Positions 34,813 through 46,019 of a DNA stretch of 64,000 nucleotides are shown here, in pieces. Under the pieces are notes generated by a model. The model saw only the letters and a list, made by a program, of their open reading frames with translations, was not told the origin of the DNA and did not search any database. Location of the stretch: positions 434,001-498,000 of the forward strand of contig OZ374561.1 of NCBI GenBank assembly GCA_977862235.1, written 5' to 3'. Within the stretch, counting starts at the first letter, position 1. Each line of letters opens with the position of its first letter. The translations under genes and the position numbers were made by a program. This DNA comes from Dudresnaya verticillata. Lineage: Eukaryota.

Positions 34813-35627
34813 TATGGGATGCCTGGGTCTGTCAGGATGTTTTTGGATTTATAATAAAGGTCAGATGTGTGCTGCGGCTGTACACTAGTACCTGCATTTC
34901 AACAGCGACAATTGCCAACAAATTGGCGTAGCAGCTCTGGTGAATGATTTCTCCGAAGGATGTCGCAAGAGAGCGGGTGCTCAAAAGGTGCGATAGAATA
35001 CCAGCAGAGTATCACTCCACACGCGTCTTGACGAAGACGTCAGAAGGCCAGCTTGGCAACGAAATCACGTGGTAGACAAGACGCGATGAAGCCCACAAAG
35101 GCTTTCGTGAACACCTGCTTGTTGGCTTGGGCCAAACCTCATTGCTCACGAGGAGCCGAGCTCCGTATACTTCCGCCCATCATTCCCATGTGGAGGAACA
35201 CCTTTCCGCATTCGACAAAATCATCCCGGCGGCCAGCACACACGCTGAAGTCCCTCCTGGAGAACTGCTCCTGGAGGGTGGCTGTTGGGTTGCAAATTAA
35301 AATCAGATTCTAGAGCAATTTATTTCGAAAGGGAAAGCGGGAATCGCTCAACTGGAGCCCGCCATCATCATCGCGCCCAACCTGCAACTGGCCGCAGTCG
35401 TTCACCCCAGTCCCTGCTTGTGCGAAATCGAAAGCCGTTCCAAAGTACTGTGGCGAAGGAGTGCACTACACGTACGTGTGACGTTAACACCGGAAAGGTT
35501 CCTTGCGTCTTGCAGGAATTCTCGCAAGCCCCACGAGGGAGCCGTGTGCCGCAAGTGCGCCGGGCGGTACTCTTGTCGTTATCGGAAAGAAGGGTCAGCG
35601 TTGTCGTCAGCCCGGCCCTCATGAACA

Positions 35628-38600
35628 ATGGCTTCGCAAGAGCAAGTAGCGGTATTGAATCGCCACCCGCACCGGTTGCCACTTGGGGTTGACCATATTG
35701 AAGCGCTGTACAATCTGGCCAAGACTCTCAGAAATGCGCTCGGCGAAGATAAGGCGGCAGCAACTCCCGTGTACAGTGCCATTCTGCGCCTTCTCAAAGC
35801 GCACATTTCACCAGTCCAGGGTGCATCTGTGACGTTTGCTCAAGTACATGCTGTTAAGCTGCAGGTCTTGGCGGAGAAGCTACTTGCGGAGGGAAAGGAT
35901 TTTCCACCGGAGCTCATGACGGCTATCAGGCAGGGTCTTGTTGCTGGTTTCGACCGCACTACTGGTTTGAAGATTTCTACCCAGCAACGGAATGCGCAAC
36001 TTGTTGCCCAGCAGATGAGGGAGCGAGAAGAAATTCTGCGGGAGAAGGCTAACTTACAGGATTTGCAGGCTGATTTCCGCAAAGCTAGAACAGGCATGGT
36101 GACAAGGGAGGACAAACAGCAAACGCCGGAACAAGACTACACCATCCCGTGGAACGAGCGAACATTACCGGTGCGGCCTGATAGTTTTGGACGTGGCCGT
36201 TTCGCTCTTCTGGATGGGGATCTCTTGATGAGTGAAAGGAATAATTCTCTTAAGCGTCGAACAGAGGCTGTGGTCGAAGAAGTTGGGAAGTCACTGAGAG
36301 AACACGAAAGCGGTAAAAGCCCTCTCCACCCTCGCACTGCGGCTCTGTTAGAGTCAAGAGCCAGGCACAGTCGTCTTCTGGCGCTACAGCGCAACATGCA
36401 ATTGACTATCTGGAATGAGCATCGGCTTGCGGAGAGAGAGGGGAAGAGAGGGTCCAAGGGCAGAGTGCGAAGCCTGAAACAGCTACAGCGAGAGTTTGAA
36501 AAAGTTGAGAGAAGTCGCGTGCGGCAGCTCGAGCTCGAGGAAAAAGATGCACGTCGTAAACGGCAAGCATGGATGAATGCAATGATAGATCACTTGAACA
36601 AGTTTCGTGGCTATCACCGAGATGTTGTCCGGAGAGGCGTGAAAGCAGTCACAAAGGCTGTGTTGAAGTATCACGAAGAAGTCGCCCGAAACGCCAGCAG
36701 AGCAGAACGTGAGGCGGAGAAGGCACGTATCCAAAAGCTGAAGGATGACGACGAAGAGGGTTATTTGGAGCTTGTTCGTAAGACGAAGAACACTAGGCTG
36801 TTAGAACTTTTGGACCAAACGGACAAATACCTGAGGGAGCTTGGGGCTGTTGTGAAGGAAGAGCGAGTGAAGAGCGGCGTTGTAGAATACGAAAACAATG
36901 CAAGTGACAAACCGGGGACAAGACAGGACTACTATGAGATTGCACATGCGATTAAGGAAGAAGTGTCCTCTCAATCGAGTCTACTTGTAGGCGGCACTTT
37001 GAAGGAATACCAGCTACATGGTATCCAATGGATGTTGAGCTTGTACAACAACCGTTTGAACGGCATTCTTGCAGATGAGATGGGATTGGGCAAGACTATT
37101 CAGACTTTAGGTTTAATTGCGCATCTCATGGAGCGGAAAGACAATCCGGGACCGTATCTGATTATTGTTCCGCTTTCGACGATAAGCAACTGGGAACTAG
37201 AGTTTGCCAGATGGGCTCCGGCTATTCGCGTTGTCGTTTTCAAAGGGGATGCTAAAGCGCGAAAGCGCCTTTACGAAGATGTGATTGAGAAAAAGAGCTT
37301 CAACGTGTGCTTGGTAACGTATGAATATGTTGTGCGGGGCAAAACATTTTTGAAACGTTTGGAATGGCAGCATCTCATCATTGACGAGGGACACAGGATC
37401 AAAAACCATGAGAGTAGGCTCAGCGCCGTTCTTCACGATCATTACAGGAGTCGGAATCGCCTGCTTTTGACCGGGACTCCTTTGCAAAATTCTCTGACCG
37501 AGCTCTGGGCACTGCTTAACTTCTTGCTTCCCAATGTCTTCAAGAGTGCTGAATCATTTGAGAGCTGGTTTGCAGCTCCCTTTGCGCAAATGGGGGTCGG
37601 AAACATATCTGCCTCTGAACAACAAGCTCAGCTCACGGAGGAAGAAAGTCTGTTAATCATCCGCCGTTTGCATCAGGTCCTAAGACCGTTTCTGCTCAGA
37701 AGAATGAAATCGGATGTTCTAAGGATGGGAGAGCAGCTCCCTGATAAGCAGGAACATGTCGTTCTATGCGAAATGTCGGCATGGCAACGCTTCATGTACC
37801 TTAAGATTGTGAAAGCTGATCGACTTCTCTTTACGGATCGGCATGGGAGGCAGCGCTACGATAAGCTTTCGAATCCTGCTGTTCAGCTGCGAAAATGCGT
37901 GAACCACCCATACCTGTTCTTCCCGGATCACGCAAGCAGGATTGTGGACACTCCAGAACTGTGGCGAGCTTCTGGCAAGTTCGATATGCTGGATTCAATT
38001 GTAACAAAGCTGCTTCGAACGGGGCATCGATTGCTTATATTTAATCAGATGACCAAGGTCGTGGATCTGCAAGAAAGGCTCCTAAGATACAGGAATATTT
38101 CCTTTTATCGTCTGGATGGAAGCACAAGCACAGATGACAGGAAGAAGATGGTGAATGACTTTAACAATGCAGACTCAGATGTGCATGTGTTCCTTCTGAC
38201 GACCCGTGCTGGTGGCCTTGGTGTAAACCTGCAGACTGCCGACACGGTAATCATTTTCGACAGCGATTGGAACCCTTCTATGGACCAACAAGCCCAGGAC
38301 CGGGCTCATCGGATCGGACAGAGGCGGGAGGTTCTTGTATTGCGTATGATTACTGCAAAGTCAATTGAGGAAGATGTTATGGAGCGTGCATCCTTCAAAA
38401 GGGGACTGGAAAAGAAAATTATCAAAGCAGGAATGTTTGACGAACAAAGCAAAGATTCAGAAAGGCAGGCAATGCTTCGTGAGCTTCTTCGCGTTGAAGG
38501 GCCGGTAAGCGATGACGAACAGGAGGATGGCTTGCCTACTGAAGAGGAAATAAATCGAATTCTGGCCAGAAGCGAAGAAGAGTTTGGGACCTTCATGGAA

Positions 38601-40229
38601 ATAGACGAGGAGAGAAAGTTTGAGATTTCCCCCCGCCAGAGGCTCATGTTGGATAATGAAATACCAGAATGGGCCACAAAAGTACCAAAAGCTCTATTGC
38701 AGAAGTCAAAGTTATCTGGTGCTGGCAACTGGAACAACTTCGAGACCACATTCGACCTTTCGACATTGAACGAGCCCAAAAAGAGGCGTGCAGCTACGAC
38801 AAATGTGAGTTATGGACTGGATCAGCTTAGCGAGCGACAGTATATTAAGTTAATGGAACGTTCTGAAGCTGGGGAGGAAGTATCTCTGGCAGATGCAATG
38901 AAAGCTGTGTCTAGAAGGAAAAGGAGGAGGAAGGAGCGCGCAGTTAGCGTGTCAAGAGATGATGACGGTGATACTGAGCGAGAGAAGCGCCGCGATTCCC
39001 GGGATGGCAAGCTAACAGATGGAGAGCAAAACAGTGTTCGGGATATTGTAAGGGGCTCTCCGGAGCGCAATCAGATGGTTGCTTCAAAGACTCTTAACGC
39101 TGACTTGAAGAGCATTGACGATGATATGACCGAGGGTGGAAACGGAACTGGCGGCGAGCAGAGCTTTGCGCCATCCGGGACGGAAGATATGGTACTAGAC
39201 GATGACGACGATGACGATGAAGCTGGAGGTGGCGAGGATAATGGGCTTGATGAGCTTGGCGATAGTCGTCAAGAGGCGGGAGCTGAGCTAGAATGCCCAA
39301 CGTCTCGATCTGAGGAGGGAGGGAGTGACAGCTCCGATGAAGATGAGGTTGAGAGGCCGGAGCAGGCTGCGGTGCGACAGGGCAAAACACCATCGAAGAA
39401 GTGGACACAGTCCGCAAGGCAAAAGCCGCCGTCGGAAGAGCGGCGTCGACGTGCAGGGAGAGAAGCGGAAGGAAGGCGTGCCAAGAGGAAGAATGGGAAA
39501 GCGGGCGAGAGGCATGCAGTGCCCTCGAGAAGTGAGTCTAGTGGTGAGAGCCGACGGGGAATGTCGGCACGCAAGTTCCCACAACGCAGCAGTTCAGTAA
39601 ATAGGGAGGATGACGATATCTCAACTGAATCTGAACAAAAGAAGGTGATTGCCGGTGGTCGAATTCCTCGACGGGCTGCGCCTAGAATTACGTCGTCACA
39701 GGGCAATGAGAAGGAAACGAGCAAGCCGCGGGTTTCTCAAGTTTCTGAACGTTGGGATACTGGAGAAATTGACGAAGGGATGGAGATGGACGAGGCGGAG
39801 GACGGGGAGATCCGGGAAGATGGGGAGGTTTTCAATGTAGAGGTGGCTCCGAAGCGAAGTCGGGTAGCGCCAATCAACAGATTTCGCTCTGTGCAAGCAT
39901 CAGGGCCTGGGGTGAGCAGTGCGCGACCTCCGAGAAGTGAGAGTGTGGATCGTAGAATTGTTCAGCATGGCGAGAAAGAAAGGATTGTGCCAGCGATCGC
40001 AAGGTCTCGATATCCGGTGAGTTGGCTGACTGGGGGATACGGACAGGGAAGAGGAAGGGCGAACAACGCACGGGCGGGGCGACGAGAGCCGGGACGGCCG
40101 TTCGGCAGGGTTGCAATGGCTCAAATGGGAAGAGCTGACGCAACGTTCGGGATGAGCAATACGGTGTCGGAGGTTGGCGAGGATGAGGCGGATACGGAGG
40201 AAGAAGGGGAAATCGTGGAGGATCAGTAG
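35628..40229 (+). CDS. SWI2/SNF2 (BRM/Snf2 subfamily) chromatin-remodelling ATPase
   Basis: QLQ-like FAQVHAVKLQV; HSA helix; GILADEMGLGKT; DEGH; TGTPLQN; TRAGGLGVNLQTAD; QAQDRAHRIGQ; SnAC-like EEINRILARSEEE; acidic disordered tail. Confidence 0.96.
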   Translation: MASQEQVAVLNRHPHRLPLGVDHIEALYNLAKTLRNALGEDKAAATPVYSAILRLLKAHISPVQGASVTFAQVHAVKLQVLAEKLLAEGKDFPPELMTAIRQGLVAGFDRTTGLKISTQQRNAQLVAQQMREREEILREKANLQDLQADFRKARTGMVTREDKQQTPEQDYTIPWNERTLPVRPDSFGRGRFALLDGDLLMSERNNSLKRRTEAVVEEVGKSLREHESGKSPLHPRTAALLESRARHSRLLALQRNMQLTIWNEHRLAEREGKRGSKGRVRSLKQLQREFEKVERSRVRQLELEEKDARRKRQAWMNAMIDHLNKFRGYHRDVVRRGVKAVTKAVLKYHEEVARNASRAEREAEKARIQKLKDDDEEGYLELVRKTKNTRLLELLDQTDKYLRELGAVVKEERVKSGVVEYENNASDKPGTRQDYYEIAHAIKEEVSSQSSLLVGGTLKEYQLHGIQWMLSLYNNRLNGILADEMGLGKTIQTLGLIAHLMERKDNPGPYLIIVPLSTISNWELEFARWAPAIRVVVFKGDAKARKRLYEDVIEKKSFNVCLVTYEYVVRGKTFLKRLEWQHLIIDEGHRIKNHESRLSAVLHDHYRSRNRLLLTGTPLQNSLTELWALLNFLLPNVFKSAESFESWFAAPFAQMGVGNISASEQQAQLTEEESLLIIRRLHQVLRPFLLRRMKSDVLRMGEQLPDKQEHVVLCEMSAWQRFMYLKIVKADRLLFTDRHGRQRYDKLSNPAVQLRKCVNHPYLFFPDHASRIVDTPELWRASGKFDMLDSIVTKLLRTGHRLLIFNQMTKVVDLQERLLRYRNISFYRLDGSTSTDDRKKMVNDFNNADSDVHVFLLTTRAGGLGVNLQTADTVIIFDSDWNPSMDQQAQDRAHRIGQRREVLVLRMITAKSIEEDVMERASFKRGLEKKIIKAGMFDEQSKDSERQAMLRELLRVEGPVSDDEQEDGLPTEEEINRILARSEEEFGTFMEIDEERKFEISPRQRLMLDNEIPEWATKVPKALLQKSKLSGAGNWNNFETTFDLSTLNEPKKRRAATTNVSYGLDQLSERQYIKLMERSEAGEEVSLADAMKAVSRRKRRRKERAVSVSRDDDGDTEREKRRDSRDGKLTDGEQNSVRDIVRGSPERNQMVASKTLNADLKSIDDDMTEGGNGTGGEQSFAPSGTEDMVLDDDDDDDEAGGGEDNGLDELGDSRQEAGAELECPTSRSEEGGSDSSDEDEVERPEQAAVRQGKTPSKKWTQSARQKPPSEERRRRAGREAEGRRAKRKNGKAGERHAVPSRSESSGESRRGMSARKFPQRSSSVNREDDDISTESEQKKVIAGGRIPRRAAPRITSSQGNEKETSKPRVSQVSERWDTGEIDEGMEMDEAEDGEIREDGEVFNVEVAPKRSRVAPINRFRSVQASGPGVSSARPPRSESVDRRIVQHGEKERIVPAIARSRYPVSWLTGGYGQGRGRANNARAGRREPGRPFGRVAMAQMGRADATFGMSNTVSEVGEDEADTEEEGEIVEDQ

Positions 40230-41323
40230 AGAGAGAGGGAGGGAGAGATGTTTCGGGTGTTCTCGTGGGATTGGTTGAAGACGTGGACCGTGCGCAAAGA
40301 AATGGCCGAACTTGAGCGCAGTTGTGTCACTTGCACCTGCAATGGGAACTGTCGGGGCTGGAAAGTTTGGACAGATGTAAAGAGCCTGGATGATAGTCAA
40401 CAATGCATTTGCATGGCGATGGGGCAGCACTACGGTGTGGTCGCGGTAAGCGCGCGGCTCTGTGACCGGTGCGGCAATGTTTTACGAGCCTTCTCATTGT
40501 TTGTCGTTGATTACATGAGGACGAAGGTTACAAAGGCAGACCATTTCGTTGACATGCGTGGCACGCAGTGCGTGGCCGCGAACAGTGACGGTTTTTGTCT
40601 TGCAAACAGAAGTCTTGAGTCTGGCGCCGGTACAGTACTTGTACTGTACTCCCGGCGCCTGCCGCGGCCGCAGTATCTACTGTACTGTACTGTACTGTAC
40701 AAACGGAAGAGGTTTTTTTTCGGATACCTTCGGAGGTTACCTTGTGTAGCCTCACTCAGGGTAGATCTCGGGAGAGGAATGCGCAATGTTCGGAATGCGA
40801 GTGTGACAGCGAGAGAGAGAAGCGCACAGCTTCCGAAAGCGCAAGGCGACGTCGACGTGGCGCCCGCACCTTGCTGGCAACACGAGAACCATTGGTGCTA
40901 CGCGCAGATGCGACAGGCTGCACATATGCCGCAGTGGCGGCGTCTCAAATGTCTCAAATTGCGACTTCCTCAATGCACCAATGCTCCTCCGCTCGCGCGG
41001 CTTTTACAACAAGGAAGGCACAAGGAAGCTATCTCTATGGACAGTTGTCATAAACAGTATATTATCTCTGAAGTATTCAACTTGCGCCTATTTCCCTTCC
41101 AAATAGAAATAGGACATGAGATCGCCTCCGAGCATGCGTGAGGCCTGCGATACACAACCCTTTAAAACGCTATCCCCCTTACAAGCCACAAGCTTGCCCG
41201 CTTGTCGACGTCCCTGCCCTGCTTGCGCATACACGCTCTCTCTCTCTTCCTTCTAAACATAAAAGCGCAGCTGACCATTTCGAACCTCCCCCCGCCGAAT
41301 GGCCCCACCGCCGGTAAGCAAAC

Positions 41324-42892
41324 ATGCCGGGCCTATGTTCATTCCTCGTCCTGGCCCTGTTGCAGTCCGTCTCGAATGCCTCCCTGACGTACGTGCTCCG
41401 TCAGATGCCGCACGCGCTCCGTCAGATGCCGTACGCCCCAGCCGTGCACATGCCGAACAAGACCGGCGGTACGTTAGACCAATGCCGCGAGCAGGACCAC
41501 TGCTCGGCTCGTCACAAGTGCCTCGACATCTCGACCTTCCCCAACCCGCCGCTCTGCACGGGTAGCGCCGCGTGCCGCTGCCTGCCCCCGCTTCTCACAA
41601 GGTGCGCCACCTCGGCTTCGTGCCCCCCCGGCGAGGTTTGCGCGCGCTGGTTCCGGGAGAACCAGTATGCCTATTGCTTCTCCGCGGCCTTTGAGGAGCA
41701 GTCCCTCAACTTCAACGAGGTCCCCGACGGCGCACCTGTCCCCAAGCCGACACCACCTGTTCAGGGCCTGACCTTTGATATCTGCCAGTCCCAGTCTCAG
41801 TGTCGCGGAGCCCGCACCTGCTCTTCCGACATCGGTATGCCCTGCGCTGATGAAGACGGCTGCCTTTGTTTACCACCTACTTTTCGCTTGTGCACCTCAA
41901 GCGCACCCGGCCAATGCCCGAATGGTGAGGTGTGCGCCACCTACCAGTTGAGCATACCTCCCATAACCGCTTGCTTCTCTAAAAGTGCCGTGGACAGTAC
42001 TCCGCAGTTCATTCTTTCCAAACTACGCCCGGCGCAGCCTCCTCTCCCTATGGATGCAGGGTACACCCTCGACTCCTGCAACGTCCAAACACAATGTCGT
42101 CTCGGGCGGACATGCACTCTAATCCCTGTGCAGGAGCGCAATCCGTGTGCAGACCTCATCATTGCAGTATGCAAATGCTATCCGAATACGGTCACTCCAT
42201 GCTCGAATGACAGTGACTGTACGAGGTATGAAGCATGCCGGACGGAGGCCACTAGCAAGAAGAAGATATGCATGTCTATCCGGGCATTGCGTAACCAGCC
42301 CAGCCTGGCGGCCGGCGGGGAAACTAATGCTTCCAGTACGGCGCCAAGTCCGACAAACGACATTCCAGCGCCAAGTCCGACAAACGACATTCCAGCGCCA
42401 AGTCGGGAACCAAAGGCCAGCGGACCACATAACAGCCCTGGACCGTCACCAGGAGCAGAGTCCCCTTCGGCATCGATAGTACCAACCCAGACCATTACCC
42501 CGGGGGATCAATCGCCCGGAGCGGTTCAAGTGGGTGCGACGCCTACGCCGACGACAGCAGTATGCATCGACGCACGCGCACTGGGCCATTTGAAGCCCGC
42601 CGAGAAGGTCTTCGACCGCGATATGCCCGCAAAAGTTCTTTGCGACGCTTCTGGAAGCTGCGCGACGCCAGGGCATATGGTACTGTTCCGCGGAGAGGCG
42701 ATGATGATGAAGCGGTTCTGTGCAAAAATAGGGTGCGTGGAACGCGTCTTACGGGTGAACAGCCCCCGATATCGTAGAAAGCTCACGGTGGCATCAAAGA
42801 CGGGTGGGCTAGTGTACACGTCGTTCGCGGCACGTTACGAAAGCAAGGCGGAGGAAGCAGCGTTGCAAATAGCGATTCGAGCCGGATTCTAG
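41324..42892 (+). CDS. Secreted Cys-rich protein: 3 x 10-Cys repeats, S/T/P linker, 109-aa conserved C-terminal domain (gene A)
   Basis: Signal peptide MPGLCSFLVLALLQSVSNA; repeats begin GGTLDQC, GLTFDIC and GYTLDSC; C-terminal domain at 42563..42892. Confidence 0.9.
   Translation: MPGLCSFLVLALLQSVSNASLTYVLRQMPHALRQMPYAPAVHMPNKTGGTLDQCREQDHCSARHKCLDISTFPNPPLCTGSAACRCLPPLLTRCATSASCPPGEVCARWFRENQYAYCFSAAFEEQSLNFNEVPDGAPVPKPTPPVQGLTFDICQSQSQCRGARTCSSDIGMPCADEDGCLCLPPTFRLCTSSAPGQCPNGEVCATYQLSIPPITACFSKSAVDSTPQFILSKLRPAQPPLPMDAGYTLDSCNVQTQCRLGRTCTLIPVQERNPCADLIIAVCKCYPNTVTPCSNDSDCTRYEACRTEATSKKKICMSIRALRNQPSLAAGGETNASSTAPSPTNDIPAPSPTNDIPAPSREPKASGPHNSPGPSPGAESPSASIVPTQTITPGDQSPGAVQVGATPTPTTAVCIDARALGHLKPAEKVFDRDMPAKVLCDASGSCATPGHMVLFRGEAMMMKRFCAKIGCVERVLRVNSPRYRRKLTVASKTGGLVYTSFAARYESKAEEAALQIAIRAGF
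42341..42404 (+). repeat. In-frame 27-bp tandem repeat (APSPTNDIP x2 plus a partial copy) in the linker of gene A
   Basis: gcgccaagtccgacaaacgacattcca repeated exactly. Confidence 0.9.
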
Positions 42893-44174
42893 ATTGGGAT
42901 GCGGGTGCGCAAATGGGGTCGGGTGAACATAGTTTGGAAGATCATGGCCTTTCTTCCCTGCCGGAACTTGTATTGGGCTTGAGAGGGTGCTCTTCGTAAC
43001 AGAAACATGTCAACTCCGTAAGCGGTAGATGAGTTTCGTAGGCGTAGGTGGTACGTTAGTATCGTGGACTGGAACGTTGTTGCGAAAAGAGCGAGTGTCA
43101 AATCTAAGGCTCGTCAAGCTTTGCAGCGTTGCCAAGTTGAGGGGCAGATAAGCCATGCTGAAAAGCACACGGGAGCAGGTCCATCCTCTGTAGCGCAGGG
43201 CCGGAGGGTAGCATTGGTGTGAAACGTGCTGCGTCCTGAGAAGATAGACAAAACTAAAAAAAGTTTGACATGAGCTCGAGATAAAAAAAAGGAAGGCATG
43301 CAGACTGTTGGGCCTTTCGAGATACCGCTTACCGCTGATGCAATGAGTATTGTTGTCGCACTGTGGGGCAAGGCGAAACCCGATATCGCACTACGCACTA
43401 CGGGGCAGTGGTGATCAGCACGGAACGCAAACTGTACGAGCACTACAGTATGCAAGATTTGTTCTGTCTCGAGCTACTGTAGCCAGGACCGATCGGTCAA
43501 GTTAAATGCGGACGTTCTCCCGGCTGGCATCTATTTTTCGCCCGTGCGACAAGCCAGTTATAGCCCCGCCCTTCGAACGCTCCTTCTCTAACGCTTGACA
43601 CTTGATTGACGATGCATGCAACTCAGAACAAGGGGCGATGAAATTCCAGGATCGCATTACCCTGCCGCCGACTGCACAGCAATCTGGAACCTGGGTCGGA
43701 CACCGGGGCCTGCTGACTACAGTAGGCCTGTTCCCACAGGGAGAAATGGCTCTGTCCAACAACCCGAGAGCGGCTGAAAGATGTCCCCGCCGCTCTAAGT
43801 CCTCCCGTTCGACGTGCCTTTCCCAGTTTCATCTGCTATGCCCAGCTTTCGATGAGCTTGTTGGTTGCATACGTATGAGCTTCTGAAGCGTTGTTGACTC
43901 CCATGCGAAGACATACACACACCTCCGGTTCAGGCTTCTACAAACACCGCCTGTCGGAGACGGGTGGGCGCGGTTTCTTGCTGCTGCGCACGCATTGCGC
44001 ATGCCTTGGCAAGCCTGTTCCGCCATCTTGATCACGATACTGCTCGGTGCCTTCAACAGTCGGCAATAACAGTACGTATGGTACTGTAGCCGGCGCGGAT
44101 CTTCCTGTGCCGATTCTTGTCAAAACCTCGTTTCGCTCCCATCACCCGCACCCGAAGAAGATACCACTCTCGTG

Positions 44175-46019
44175 ATGAACTGGATACACCTGCACCTCCT
44201 CGCGCTGTTACTCGCTCTTCCACCGCTCCCAAGCACGGCGTGCCGTGTTTCCGCGCCCTTCACCGCGCACACCCTCGTCTCGCTAACCCCAACCGCCCCA
44301 CAGGTCGACTTCCTCCATCGCTTGCTCACCCCAATATGCGAGCTCCTCCTACTCTCGCCGGACCAGCTCCGTCCGTCCGCCCCCGCCATGCTCATTCTCA
44401 CTCCGCCCCAATTCGCCGCCCTATCCTCCGCCGCGCGCGACTCCTCCACCCGGCACCTTGTCCCGCCGTACCGCGTGCTCTCCTCGGACATGGAGCAGAT
44501 GCTGCGCAGGATGCCGTCACAGAGTGATGAAATGCCGGCTTCGAGTCCGTACCAAGCCCGTGCCGTGGACGACGCTTTCTACAAGCGCTACCACTCGCTA
44601 CCGGCCCTGCGTGCCAAGTGGGCCTCCCTGGCGACCCGGTACGCGCATGTGACCGTGGAGTCGATAGGCAAGTCGGTGGAGGGACGCGAAATCACTCTCA
44701 TTCGCGTCGGTCGCACTCCCGGTAGCAACCCCCAGCGGGTCGTGCTCAACAGTATGCAGCACGCGCGGGAATGGATCTCGGTACACGCGGTGACGTATGT
44801 GGCAGAGGCGCTTGCGGAGTTGGCGGAGGGGACGTCCGAGGATGGTGGGTTGCTTGAAAACGTTGAGTTTTTGATTGTGCCACTGATGAACCCTGATGGG
44901 TATGTGTATACGAACACCACCTTCCGCTTCGCGAGGAAGAATCGACGCCCCACGGGTTGCACGTTCCCAGATGGAGATGGAGTGGATCTCAACCGTAATT
45001 GGAGTACGGATTACGGTGGCACCGGGTCGACTTCTAGCGACGGATGCAGTAATGTGTATATCGGTGCGGGGGCGTTCTCGGAGCCTGAGACTGCAGCGGT
45101 AAGGGATCTGATACTCTCCACGGATGGTATTAAGGTCCACTTGGATATCCATTCGTACGGGCAACTTGTGCTTCCTGCATGGGGCTTCACCACCAGCGAC
45201 CCGCCGCGAGAAGCAGAAAGTACGAAGATTGGCAAGATTCTTGCGACGGCGCTTAGGGAGGAGTACGATAAGTTGTACCGTTTTTCGAAGGCGGGAGAGT
45301 TGATATACCTTGCATCTGGAACTATGACAGACTGGGTAACTAGCCAAGGGGTTCTAAGCTACACGTTTGAACTGCGACCTAGTCTTTTTGGCGCGGCATC
45401 TTCGGGGTTCGTTTTGGAGGAGGAGGAGATTCTACCCACTTCCCGGGAAACTTTTGCAGCGGCTCAAGTGTTGCTTCGATATGCCAATAATGCTCGTTCC
45501 GTGGAATCCAGTACTTCGCCAGCCGTTAGCAACAAACCACCACCAGGGGGTGCTCAGGGTAGTAGCAGTCCTCCTCCCACAGCACCCCAACGCAGCGCAA
45601 CACCCACACCGTCGCAAACCAGCGACGTTGCAGGGCCTTTGCCGGAGACGGGTCAGGGCAGTGCGACGCCCACGCCGACAACGGCAGTATGCATCGACGC
45701 ACGCGCACTGGGCCATTTGAAGCCCGCCGAGAAGGTCTTCGACCGCGATATGCCCGCAAAAGTGCTTTGCGACGCTCTTGGAAGCTGCGCGACGCCCGGG
45801 CACATGGTACTGTTCCGCGGAGAGGCGATGATGATGAAGCGGTTCTGTGCAAAAATAGGGTGCGTGGAACGCGTCTTACGGGTGAACAGCCCCCGATATC
45901 GTAGAAAGCTCACGGTGGCATCAAAGACGGGCGGGCTAGTGTACACGTCGTTCGCGGCACGTTACGAAAGCAAGGCGGAGGAAGCAGCGTTGCGATTAGC
46001 GATTCGAGCCGGGTTCTAG
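44175..46019 (+). CDS. Secreted M14 zinc carboxypeptidase fused to the 109-aa C-terminal domain (gene B)
   Basis: Signal peptide and propeptide; QHAREW (His/Glu zinc ligands), RKNR, DLNRNW, DIHSY, FELRP; S/T/P linker; C-terminal domain at 45690..46019. Confidence 0.93.
   Translation: MNWIHLHLLALLLALPPLPSTACRVSAPFTAHTLVSLTPTAPQVDFLHRLLTPICELLLLSPDQLRPSAPAMLILTPPQFAALSSAARDSSTRHLVPPYRVLSSDMEQMLRRMPSQSDEMPASSPYQARAVDDAFYKRYHSLPALRAKWASLATRYAHVTVESIGKSVEGREITLIRVGRTPGSNPQRVVLNSMQHAREWISVHAVTYVAEALAELAEGTSEDGGLLENVEFLIVPLMNPDGYVYTNTTFRFARKNRRPTGCTFPDGDGVDLNRNWSTDYGGTGSTSSDGCSNVYIGAGAFSEPETAAVRDLILSTDGIKVHLDIHSYGQLVLPAWGFTTSDPPREAESTKIGKILATALREEYDKLYRFSKAGELIYLASGTMTDWVTSQGVLSYTFELRPSLFGAASSGFVLEEEEILPTSRETFAAAQVLLRYANNARSVESSTSPAVSNKPPPGGAQGSSSPPPTAPQRSATPTPSQTSDVAGPLPETGQGSATPTPTTAVCIDARALGHLKPAEKVFDRDMPAKVLCDALGSCATPGHMVLFRGEAMMMKRFCAKIGCVERVLRVNSPRYRRKLTVASKTGGLVYTSFAARYESKAEEAALRLAIRAGF

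Noticed and set aside
40248..41141. 297-aa ORF downstream of the SNF2 gene
   Set aside because: It runs through a (CTGTA)n microsatellite and a T-run with no domain signal, so it is likely 3' UTR or intergenic.
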